Of a DNA stretch of 64,000 nt, positions 13,801-25,500 are shown in pieces; within the stretch, counting starts at the first letter, position 1; every line of letters begins with the position of its first letter. A program made the position numbers and the translations under genes. Origin of the DNA: Balanoglossus misakiensis. Taxonomy: Eukaryota > Animalia > Hemichordata. Location: contig CM082597.2 in assembly GCA_040954595.2 (NCBI GenBank), positions 1 to 64,000 of the forward strand, given 5' to 3'. Under the pieces are notes generated by a model. That model was not told where the DNA came from. It made no database searches and saw nothing but the letters and a program-made list of their open reading frames with translations.

Positions 13801-16800
13801 GGCCTCCACTTCCGGCCGTAGCCTGGCGGTCGAAGGGGTTGGGTATCAGGTTGGCCTCCACTTCCGGCCGTAGCCTGGCGGTCGAAGGGGTTGGGTATCA
13901 GATTGGCCTCCACTTCCGGCCGTAGCCTAGCGGTCGAAGGGGTTGGGTATCAGGTTGGCCTCCACTTCCGGCCGTAGCCTGGCGGTCGAAGGGGTTGGCC
14001 TCCACTTCCGGCCGTAGCCTGGCGGTCGAAGGGGTTGGGTATCAGGTTGGCCTCCACTTCCGGCGGTAGCCTGGCGGTCGAAGGGGTTGGCCTCCACTTC
14101 CGGCCGTAGCCTGGCGGTCGAAGGGGTTGGGTATCAGGTTGGCCTCCACTTCCGGCCGTAGCCTGGCGGTCGAAGGGGTTGGGTATCAGGTTGGCCTCCA
14201 CTTCCGGCCGTAGCCTGGCGGTCGAAGGGGTTGGGTATCAGGTTGGCCTCCACTTCCGGCCGTAGCCTGGCGGTCGAAGGGGTTGGGTATCAGGTTGGCC
14301 TCCACTTCCGGCCGTAGCCTGGCGGTCGAAGGGGTTGGGTATCAGGTTGGCCTCCACTTCCGGCCGTAGCCTGGCGGTCGAAGGGGTTGGGTATCAGGTT
14401 GGCCTCCACTTCCGGCCGTAGCCTGGCGGTCGAAGGGGTTGGGTATCAGGTTGGCCTCCACTTCCGGCCGTAGCCTGGCGGTCGAAGGGGTTGGGTATCA
14501 GGTTGGCCTCCACTTCCGGCCGTAGCCTGGCGGTCGAAGGGGTTGGGTATCAGGTTGGCCTCCACTTCCGGCCGTAGCCTGGCGGTCGAAGGGGTTGGGT
14601 ATCAGGTTGGCCTCCACTTCCGGCCGTAGCCTGGCGGTCGAAGGGGTTGGGTATCAGGTTGGCCTCCACTTCCGGCCGTAGCCGGGCGGTCGAAGGGGTT
14701 GGGTATCAGGTTGGCCTCCACTTCCGGCCGTAGCCTGGCGGTCGAAGGGGTTGGGTATCAGGTTGGCCTCCACTTCCGGCCGTAGCCTGGCGGTCGAAGG
14801 GGTTGGGTATCAGGTTGGCCTCAACTTCCGGCCGTAGCCTGGCGGTCGAGGGGGTTGGGTATCAGGTTGGCCTCCACTTCCGGCCGTAGCCTGGCGGTCG
14901 AGGGGGTTGGGTATCAGGTTGGCCTCCACTTCCGGCCGTAGCCTGGCGGTCGAGGGGGTTGGGTATCAGGTTGGCCTCCACTTCCGGCCGTAGCCTGGCG
15001 GTCGAAGGGGTTGGGTATCAGGTTGGCCTCCACTTCCGGCCGTAGCCTGGCGGTCGAAGGGGTTGGGTATCAGGTTGGCCTCCACTTCCGGCCGTAGCCT
15101 GGCGGTCGAAGGGGTTGTCCTCCACTTCCGGCCGTAGCCTGGCGGTCGAAGGGGTTGGGTATCAGGTTGGCCTCCACTTCCGGCCGTAGCCTGGCGGTCG
15201 AAGGGGTTGGCCTCCACTTCCGGCCGTAGCCTGGCGGTCGAAGGGGTTGGGTATCAGGTTGGCCTCCACTTCCGGCCGTAGCCTGGCGGTCGAAGGGGTT
15301 GGGTATCTGGTTGGCCTCCACTTCCGGCCGTAGCCTGGCGGTCGAAGGGGTTGGGTATCAGGTTGGCCTCCACTTCCGGCCGTAGCCTGGCGGTCGAAGG
15401 GGTTGGGTATCAGGTTGGCCTCCACTTCCGGCCGTAGCCTGGCGGTCGAAGGGGTTGGGTATCAGGTTGGCCTCCACTTCCGGCCGTAGCCTGGCGGTCG
15501 AAGGGGTTGGGTATCAGGTTGGCCTCCACTTCCGGCCGTAGCCTGGCGGTCCAAGGGGTTGGGTATCAGGTTGGCCTCCACTTCCGGCCGTAGCCTGGCG
15601 GTCGAAGGGGTTGGGTATCAGGTTGGCCTCCACTTCCGGCCGTAGCCTGGCGGTCGAAGGGGTTGGGTATCAGGTTGGCCTCAACTTCCGGCCGTAGCCT
15701 GGCGGTCGAAGGGGTTGGGTATCAGGTTGGCCTCCACTTCCGGCCGTAGCCTGGCGGTCGAAGGGGTTGGGTATCAGGTTGGCCTCCACTTCCGGCCGTA
15801 GCCTGGCGGTCGAGGGGGTTGGGTATCAGGTTGGCCTCCACTTCCGGCCGTAGCCTGGCGGTCGAGGGGGTTGGGTATCAGGTTGGCCTCCACTTCCGGC
15901 CGTAGCCTGGCGGTCGAAGGGGTTGGGTATCAGGTTGGCCTCCACTTCCGGCCGTAGCCTGGCGGTCGAAGGGGTTGGGTATCAGGTTGGCCTCCACTTC
16001 CGGCCGTAGCCTGGCGGTCGAAGGGGTTGGCCTCCACTTCCGGCCGTAGCCTGGCGGTCGAAGGGGTTGGGTATCAGGTTGGCCTCCACTTCCGGCCGTA
16101 GCCTGGCGGTCGAAGGGGTTGGCCTCCACTTCCGGCCGTAGCCTGGCGGTCGAAGGGGTTGGGTATCAGGTTGGCCTCCACTTCCGGCCGTAGCCTGGCG
16201 GTCGAAGGGGTTGGGTATCTGGTTGGCCTCCACTTCCGGCCGTAGCCTGGCGGTCGAAGGGGTTGGGTATCAGGTTGGCCTCCACTTCCGGCCGTAGCCT
16301 GGCGGTCGAAGGGGTTGGGTATCAGGTTGGCCTCCACTTCCGGCCGTAGCCTGGCGGTCGAAGGGGTTGGGTATCAGGTTGGCCTCCACTTCCGGCCGTA
16401 GCCTGGCGGTCGAAGGGGTTGGGTATCAGGTTGGCCTCCACTTCCGGCCGTAGCCTGGCGGTCCAAGGGGTTGGGTATCAGGTTGGCCTCCACTTCCGGC
16501 CGTAGCCTGGCGGTCGAAGGGGTTGGGTATCAGGTTGGCCTCCACTTCCGGCCGTAGCCTGGCGGTCGAAGGGGTTGGGTATCTGGTTGGCCTCCACTTC
16601 CGGCCGTAGCCTGGCGGTCGAAGGGGTTGGGTATCTGGTTGGCCTCCACTTCCGGCCGTAGCCTGGCGGTCGAAGGGGTTGGGTATCAGGTTGGCCTCCA
16701 CTTCCGGCCGTAGCCTGGCGGTCGAAGGGGTTGGGTATCTGGTTGGCCTCCACTTCCGGCCGTAGCCTGGCGGTCGAAGGGGTTGGGTATCTGGTTGGCC

Positions 16801-19800
16801 TCCACTTCCGGCCGTAGCCTGGCGGTCGAAGGGGTTGGGTATCTGGTTGGCCTCCACTTCCGGCCGTAGCCTGGCGGTCGAAGGGGTTGGGTATCAGGTT
16901 GGCCTCCACTTCCGGCCGTAGCCTGGCGGTCGAAGGGGTTGGGTATCAGGTTGGCCTCCACTTCCGGCCGTAGCCTGGCGGTCGAAGGGGTTGGGTATCA
17001 GGTTGGCCTCCACTTCCGGCCGTAGCCTGGCGGTCGAAGGGGTTGGGTATCAGGTTGGCCTCCACTTCCGGCCGTAGCCTGGCGGTCGAAGGGGTTGGGT
17101 ATCAGGTTGGCCTCCACTTCCGGCCGTAGCCTGGCGGTCGAAGGGGTTGGGTATCAGGTTGGCCTCCACTTCCGGCCGTAGCCTGGCGGTCGAAGGGGTT
17201 GGGTATCAGGTTGTCCTCCACTTCCGGCCGTAGCCTGGCGGTCGAAGGGGTTGGGTATCAGGTTGGCCTCCACTTCCGGCCGTAGCCTGGCGGTCGAAGG
17301 GGTTGGCCTCCACTTCCGGCCGTAGCCTGGCGGTCGAAGGGGTTGGGTATCAGGTTGGCCTCCACTTCCGGCCGTAGCCTGGCGGTCGAAGGGGTTGGGT
17401 ATCTGGTTGGCCTCCACTTCCGGCCGTAGCCTGGCGGTCGAAGGGGTTGGGTATCAGGTTGGCCTCCACTTCCGGCCGTAGCCTGGCGGTCGAAGGGGTT
17501 GGGTATCAGGTTGGCCTCCACTTCCGGCCGTAGCCTGGCGGTCGAAGGGGTTGGGTATCAGGTTGGCCTCCACTTCCGGCCGTAGCCTGGCGGTCGAAGG
17601 GGTTGGGTATCAGGTTGGCCTCCACTTCCGGCCGTAGCCTGGCGGTCCAAGGGGTTGGGTATCAGGTTGGCCTCCACTTCCGGCCGTAGCCTGGCGGTCG
17701 AAGGGGTTGGGTATCAGGTTGGCCTCCACTTCCGGCCGTAGCCTGGCGGTCGAAGGGGTTGGGTATCAGGTTGGCCTCAACTTCCGGCCGTAGCCTGGCG
17801 GTCGAAGGGGTTGGCCTCCACTTCCGGCCGTAGCCTGGCGGTCGAAGGGGTTGGGTATCAGGTTGGCCTCCACTTCCGGCCGTAGCCTGGCGGTCGAAGG
17901 GGTTGGGTATCAGGTTGGCCTCCACTTCCGGCCGTAGCCTGGCGGTCGAAGGGGTTGGGTATCAGGTTGGCCTCCACTTCCGGCCGTAGCCTGGCGGTCG
18001 AAGGGGTTGGGTATCAGGTTGGCCTCCACTTCCGGCCGTAGCCTGGCGGTCGAAGGGGTTGGGTATCTGGTTGGCCTCCACTTCCGGCCGTAGCCTGGCG
18101 GTCGAAGGGGTTGGGTATCTGGTTGGCCTCCACTTCCGGCCGTAGCCTGGCGGTCGAAGGGGTTGGGTATCAGGTTGGCCTCCACTTCCGGCCGTAGCCT
18201 GGCGGTCGAAGGGGTTGGGTATCAGGTTGGCCTCCACTTCCGGCCGTAGCCTGGCGGTCGAAGGGGTTGGGTATCTGGTTGGCCTCCACTTCCGGCCGTA
18301 GCCTGGCGGTCGAAGGGGTTGGGTATCAGGTTGGCCTCCACTTCCGGCCGTAGCCTGGCGGTCGAAGGGGTTGGGTATCAGGTTGGCCTCCACTTCCGGC
18401 CGTAGCCTGGCGGTCGAAGGGGTTGGGTATCAGGTTGGCCTCCACTTCCGGCCGTAGCCTGGCGGTCGAAGGGGTTGGGTATCAGGTTGGCCTCCACTTC
18501 CGGCCGTAGCCTGGCGGTCGAAGGGGTTGGGTATCAGGTTGGCCTCCACTTCCGGCCGTAGCCTGGCGGTCGAAGGGGTTGGGTATCAGGTTGGCCTCCA
18601 CTTCCGGCCGTAGCCTGGCGGTCGAAGGGGTTGGGTATCAGGTTGGCCTCCACTTCCGGCCGTAGCCTGGCGGTCGAAGGGGTTGGGTATCAGGTTGGCC
18701 TCCACTTCCGGCCGTAGCCTGGCGGTCGAAGGGGTTGGGTATCAGGTTGGCCTCCACTTCCGGCCGTAGCCTGGCGGTCGAAGGGGTTGGGTATCAGGTT
18801 GGCCTCCACTTCCGGCCGTAGCCTGGCGGTCGAAGGGGTTGGGTATCAGGTTGGCCTCCACTTCCGGCCGTAGCCTGGCGGTCGAGGGGGTTGGGTATCA
18901 GGTTGGCCTCCACTTCCGGCCGTAGCCTGGCGGTCGAGGGGGTTGGGTATCAGGTTGGCCTCCACTTCCGGCCGTAGCCTGGCGGTCGAGGGGGTTGGGT
19001 ATCAGGTTGGCCTCCACTTCCGGCCGTAGCCTGGCGGTCGAGGGGGTTGGGTATCAGGTTGGCCTCCACTTCCGGCCGTAGCCTGGCGGTCGAAGGGGTT
19101 GGGTATCAGGTTGGCCTCCACTTCCGGCCGTAGCCTGGCGGTCGAAGGGGTTGGGTATCAGGTTGGCCTCCACTTCCGGCCGTAGCCTGGCGGTCGAAGG
19201 GGTTGGGTATCAGGTTGGCCTCCACTTCCGGCCGTAGCCTGGCGGTCGAAGGGGTTGGGTATCAGGTTGGCCTCCACTTCCGGCCGTAGCCTGGCGGTCG
19301 AAGGGGTTGGGTATCAGGTTGGCCTCCACTTCCGGCCGTAGCCTGGCGGTCGAAGGGGTTGGGTATCAGGTTGGCCTCCACTTCCGGCCGTAGCCTGGCG
19401 GTCGAAGGGGTTGGGTATCAGGTTGGCCTCCACTTCCGGCCGTAGCCTGGCGGTCGAAGGGGTTGGGTATCAGGTTGGCCTCAACTTCCGGCCGTAGCCT
19501 GGCGGTCGAGGGGGTTGGGTATCAGGTTGGCCTCCACTTCCGGCCGTAGCCTGGCGGTCGAGGGGGTTGGGTATCAGGTTGGCCTCCACTTCCGGCCGTA
19601 GCCTGGCGGTCGAGGGGGTTGGGTATCAGGTTGGCCTCCACTTCCGGCCGTAGCCTGGCGGTCGAGGGGGTTGGGTATCAGGTTGGCCTCCACTTCCGGC
19701 CGTAGCCTGGCGGTCGAAGGGGTTGGGTATCAGGTTGGCCTCCACTTCCGGCCGTAGCCTGGCGGTCGAAGGGGTTGGGTATCAGGGTGGCCTCCACTTC

Positions 19801-21476
19801 CGGCCATAGCCTGGCGGTCGAAGGGGTTGGGTATCAGGTTGGCCTCCACTTCCGGCCGTAGCCTGGCGGTCGAAGGGGTTGGCCTCCACTTCCGGCCGTA
19901 GCCTGGCGGTCGAAGGGGTTGGGTATCAGGTTGGCCTCCACTTCCGGCCGTAGCCTGGCGGTCGAAGGGGTTGGCCTCCACTTCCGGCCGTAGCCTGGCG
20001 GTCGAAGGGGTTGGGTATCAGGTTGGCCTCCACTTCCGGCCGTAGCCTGGCGGTCGAAGGGGTTGGGTATCTTGTTGGCCTCCACTTCCGGCCGTAGCCT
20101 GGCGGTCGAAGGGGTTGGGTATCAGGTTGGCCTCCACTTCCGGCCGTAGCCTGGCGGTCCAAGGGGTTGGGTATCAGGTTGGCCTCCACTTCCGGCCGTA
20201 GCCTGGCGGTCCAAGGGGTTGGGTATCAGGTTGGCCTCCACTTCCGGCCGTAGCCTGGCGGTCCAAGGGGTTGGGTATCAGGTTGGCCTCCACTTCCGGC
20301 CGTAGCCTGGCGGTCCAAGGGGTTGGGTATCAGGTTGGCCTCCACTTCCGGCCGTAGCCTGGCGGTCCAAGGGGTTGGGTATCAGGTTGGCCTCCACTTC
20401 CGGCCGTAGCCTGGCGGTCCAAGGGGTTGGGTATCAGGTTGGCCTCCACTTCCGGCCGTAGCCTGGCGGTCCAAGGGGTTGGGTATCAGGTTGGCCTCCA
20501 CTTCCGGCCGTAGCCTGGCGGTCGAAGGGGTTGGGTATCTGGTTGGCCTCCACTTCCGGCCGTAGCCTGGCGGTCGAAGGGGTTGGGTATCAGGTTGGCC
20601 TCCACTTCCGGCCGTAGCCTGGCGGTCGAAGGGGTTGGGTATCAGGTTGGCCTCCACTTCCGGCCGTAGCCTGGCGGTCGAAGGGGTTGGGTATCAGGTC
20701 GGCCTCCACTTCCGGCCGTAGCCTGGCGGTCGAAGGGGTTGGGTATCAGGTCGGCCTCCACTTCCGGCCGTAGCCTGGCGGTCGAAGGGGTTGGGTATCA
20801 GGTCGGCCTCCACTTCCGGCCGTAGCCTGGCGGTCGAAGGGGTTGGGTATCAGGTCGGCCTCCACTTCCGGCCGTAGCCTGGCGGTCGAAGGGGTTGGGT
20901 ATCAGGTCGGCCTCCACTTCCGGCCGTAGCCTGGCGGTCGAAGGGGTTGGGTATCAGGTCGGCCTCCACTTCCGGCCGTAGCCTGGCGGTCGAAGGGGTT
21001 GGGTATCAGGTCGGCCTCCACTTCCGGCCGTAGCCTGGCGGTCGAAGGGGTTGGGTATCAGGTCGGCCTCCACTTCCGGCCGTAGCCTGGCGGTCGAAGG
21101 GGTTGGGTATCAGGTCGGCCTCCACTTCCGGCCGTAGCCTGGCGGTCGAAGGGGTTGGGTATCAGGTCGGCCTCCACTTCCGGCCGTAGCCTGGCGGTCG
21201 AAGGGGTTGGGTATCAGGTCGGCCTCCACTTCCGGCCGTAGCCTGGCGGTCGAAGGGGTTGGGTATCAGGTCGGCCTCCACTTCCGGCCGTAGCCTGGCG
21301 GTCGAAGGGGTTGGGTATCAGGTCGGCCTCCACTTCCGGCCGTAGCCTGGCGGTCGAAGGGGTTGGGTATCAGGTCGGCCTCCACTTCCGGCCGTAGCCT
21401 GGCGGTCGAAGGGGTTGGGTATCAGGTCGGCCTCCACTTCCGGCCGTAGCCTGGCGGTCGAAGGGGTTGGGTATCA
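7809..21476. repeat. 52-bp GC/CpG-rich subtelomeric satellite, ~260 copies, with interspersed 40-bp deletion variants
   Basis: Unit GGTTGGCCTCCACTTCCGGCCGTAGCCTGGCGGTCGAAGGGGTTGGGTATCA. The 40-bp variants lack GGTTGGGTATCA (e.g. ~8730, 9030, 9120). Confidence 0.97.
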
Positions 21477-21542
21477 GGTTCCCCTCCACTTCCGGTCGTA
21501 ACGTCGCGGTCAAAGGGGGCCAGGTTGCCCTCCACTTCTTGT

Positions 21543-21768
21543 CGTTGGGGTCAAGTGTCTGAGGCAACGGCGGGGTGTAACGGGGCAGGTTTGGGGTCAA
21601 ATGTCTGCAGCAACGGCAGGGTGGAAGGGGGCAGGGTTGGGGTCAAGTGTCTGCCACAATGGCAGGGTGGAACGGGGCAGGGTTGGGGTCAAGTGTCTGC
21701 CGCAACGGCGGGGTGGAACAGGTCAGGGTTGGGGTCAAGTGTCTGCCGCAACAGCAGGGTTGGGGTCA
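21543..21768. repeat. Degenerate 46-bp G-rich minisatellite, ~4.7 copies
   Basis: TTGGGGTCAA recurs at 21545, 21591, 21637, 21683 and 21729, with a partial copy at 21760. Confidence 0.9.
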
Positions 21769-21963
21769 TAAATGCATACATAGAGGACATTTCTTTACCC
21801 ATACAATTCAAATTTATTAATTTTCCTGACCTTCACTATCAGGTTTTGGGAATGACAGGTAATTGAATTGAATTAAAATACAATACATAAACATATTTTC
21901 ATCTGTGAACTTTTAACTGGTGAACAAATTGGAGCCCATTATTAAAAAGAGTTTCCCTGAGCC

Positions 21964-22086
21964 TGTTTATACCATTCCAGCCTAAGTATTAGTTGTTAGG
22001 GTAAGGGTTAGGGTAAGGGTTAAGGTTAGGGTTAGAGTTAGGGTTAGGGTTAGTGTTTGAGTGTGCTGGCTGAAATGGCACAAACA
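21964..22086. mobile_element. Small TIR-bounded (MITE-like) element with internal TTAGGG-like repeats
   Basis: TGTTTATACCATTCCAGCC (21964-82) and GGCTGAAATGGCACAAACA (22068-86) are 16/19 inverted matches enclosing degenerate TTAGGG/TAAGGG at 21995-22053. A decayed second copy lies at 29881-29983. Confidence 0.6.
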
Positions 22087-22539
22087 ATTTCACAGATTGA
22101 ATCAATTTGCTTTGACTGCAAAATTCGCTGAACAAAGTTTGCTCTGTGCAAACTTGTGATTCTAAGAAATACTGTATCTATGGACATTTAGGCTACAGTT
22201 AGATAAGTAATACTGTGTCCTAATCTGAATCCTTCCTTATCATAACATATAACCAGTGGGCTCAAGGGAACATGTAAGGAAAGTCAATGTCATAGTCCCC
22301 ACTGGATAAATAGATTAAACAGCAACATTCTCTGTTTTTTATCTTTTAGAGATTAATTTTGTTTGATACAGAATGATGAAGTTAAAAATCATTATATTTT
22401 AACACAGAAATCTAATGCAAGTATTCAATGTATACTTGACAACATTCAAAGCTCAAAAAGAGAGATTGTGACACTTTAATAGAAAAGAAGACAATCTATA
22501 AGTTTTCTCTTCATTCTCATTATAAACTCCTAAAATGCT

Positions 22540-25500
22540 GACTGACAATCTATGTCTTCTCTTTATCTGGCATTCAGACTTCATCTGCCAAGATGCAAGT
22601 ATTTCATTGGGTTGCTGGTAGACCAAGTCCTTGTCCATTTCTACCATCATCATCATTTGGAAAATCACCAGTCTTCACACTTCAGCTTGAGCTAAAAAAG
22701 AAACAGAAAAAATAGATTCGCGTTTAATGAATGAAGTGGGGACACGTTTTATAGCATTGATTCATTCAGCTTAAGTTAAATTTGGATGTGTTCCAATACT
22801 ACACACACTCTTAAAATATTGACTACAAACCTTTATATTTTCTTCATTTGAAAACCAGATATGTTCATCTGCCATCATGCAAATAGTTTATGGGGTGATT
22901 GCAAGACCAAGTCCTTGTCCACTTCTAACAATGGCAACATTCAGATACACAACATCAGCCTGCACTCTTCGCCATATTCTAACAAAAGAACAGAAAAATG
23001 TTATCCATGATTAATGAACAAATTGGCGAAAGATTGTATAAATTGATTCAATTAGTTAAATTTAGATTTGTTCCAATACTATATACACTCTTAAAATGTT
23101 GACTGCAAACCTGTATGTTTTCTTTATTTGAAATCCAAATATCTTCATCTGCCATCATGCAGAGTTTATTGGGTGAAAGCAAGACCTAGCCCTTGTCCAC
23201 TTCTACCAATGGCAACATTCAGATACACAACATCAGCCTGCACTCTTTGCCATATTCTAACAAAACAACAGAACCAAAATTATTCATGATCAATGAACAA
23301 AGTGGTGACATATTTTATAAAATTGATTCAATGAGTTAAGTTTGGATTTGTTCCAACACTATATACACTCTTAAAATGTTGACTGCAAACCTGTATGTGT
23401 TCTTTATTTGACATCCAAATATCTTCATCTGCCATCATGCAAGTAGTTTATTGGGTGACTGGGAAACCAAGTCCTTGTCCACTTCTACCAATGGCAACAT
23501 TCAGATACACAATATCAGCCTGCACTCTTTGCCATATTCTAACAAAACAACAGAAACAAAATTATTCATGATCAATGAACAAAGTGGCGACATATTTTAT
23601 AAAATTGATTCAATGAGTTAAGTTTGGATTTGTTCCAACACTATATACACTCTTAAAATGTTGATTGCAAACCTGTATGTTTTCTTTATTTGACATCCAA
23701 ATATCTTCATCGGCCATCATGCAGAGTTTATTGAGTGAAAGCAAGACCAAGTCCTTGTCCATTTCTACCAATGGCAACATTCAGATACACAACATCAGCC
23801 TGCACTCTTCGCCATATTCTAACAAAAGAACAGAAAAATATTATCCATGATTAATGAACAAATTGGCGAAAGATTGTATAAATTGATTCAATGAGTTAAG
23901 TTTGGATTTGTTCCAACACTATATACACTCTTAAAATGTTGACTGCAAACCTGTATGTTTTCTTTATTTGACATCCAAATATCTTCATCTGCCATCATGC
24001 AAGTAGTTTATTGGGTGACTGGGAAACCAAGTCCTTGTCCACTTCTACCAATGGCAACATTCAGATACACAACATCCGCCTGCACTCTTTGCCATATTCT
24101 AACAAAACAAGAGAAAAAAAATTATTCATGATCAATGAACAAAGTGGTGACATATTTTATAAAATTGATTCAATGAGTTATGTTTGGATTTGTTACAACA
24201 CTATATACACTCTTAAAATGTTGACTGCAAACCTGTATGTTTTCTTTATTTGACATCCAAATATCTTCATCTGCCATCATGCAGAGTTTATTGAGTGAAA
24301 GCAAGACCAAGTCCTTGTCCACTTCTACCAATGGCAACATTCAGATACACAACATCAGCCTGCACTCTTCGCCATATTCTAACAAAAGAACAGAAAAATA
24401 TTATCCATGATTAATGAACAAACTGGCGAAAGATTGTATAAATTGATTCGATGAGTTAAATTTGGATTTGTTCCAATAATATATACACTCTTAAAATGTT
24501 GACTACAAACCTGTATGTTTTCTTTATTTGACATCCAAATATCTTCATCTGCCATCATGCAGGATGTTTATTGGCTGACTGCAAGACCAAGTCCTTGTCC
24601 AGTTCTACCGTTGGCACCATTTAGAAATTAAACATCAGTCTTCATGCTTGACCTTGCTTCATCTCCCATCATGCAAGTACTTTATTGGCTGACTGGAAGA
24701 CCATGTCCTTGTCCACTTCTACCATTGGCAACATTCAGATACACAACATCACCCTGAACTCTTCGCCATATTCTAACTAAACAACATAAAAAAAAATATT
24801 CATGATCAATGAACAAAGTGGTGACATATTTTATAAAATTGATTCAATGAGTTAAGTTTTGATTTGTTCCAACACTATATACACTCTTAAAATGTTGACT
24901 GCAAACCTGTATGTGTTCTTTATTTGACATCCAAATATCTTCACCTGCCATCATGCAAGTAGTTTATTGGGTGACTGGAAGACCATGTCCATGTCCACTT
25001 CTACCAATGGCAACATTCAGATACACAACATCAGCCTGCACTCTTTGCCATATTCTAACAAAACAACAGAAAAAAAATTATTCATGATCAATGAACAAAG
25101 TGGTGACATATTTTATAAAATTGATTCAATGAGTTGAGTTTGGATTTGTTCCAACACTATATACACTCTTAAAATGTTGACTGCAAACCTGTATGTTTTC
25201 TTTATTTGACATCCAAATATCTTCATCTGCCATCATGCAGAGTTTATTGAGTGAAAGCAAGACCAAGTCTTTGTCCACTTCTACCAATGGCAACATTCAG
25301 ATACACAACATCAGCCTGCACTCTTCGCCATATTCTAACAAAAGAACAGAAAAATATTATACATGATTAATGAACAAATTGGCGAAAGATTGTATAAATT
25401 GATTCGATGAGTTAAATTTGGATTTGTTCCAATAATATATACACTCTTAAAATGTTGACTACAAACCTGTATGTTTTCTTTATTTGACATCCAAATATCT

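Noticed and set aside
7662-21600. Dozens of MEANLIPNPFDRQATAGSGG ORFs
   Set aside because: They are artefacts of the 52-bp satellite: GTG starts, frame cycling because 52 is not a multiple of 3, and lengths set by variants that remove a stop.
21995-22053. Telomerase RNA template or telomere-fusion scar
   Set aside because: There is no head-to-head CCCTAA partner and no recognisable TR structure; the tract is better explained as the interior of a TIR element.
24009-24098. PDZ-like RSGQGLGF or G-patch-like GQGLG motif in another minus frame of the 280-bp unit
   Set aside because: A stop follows within four codons in the copies checked, the rest of the domain is absent, and the frame does not match the upstream donor phase.
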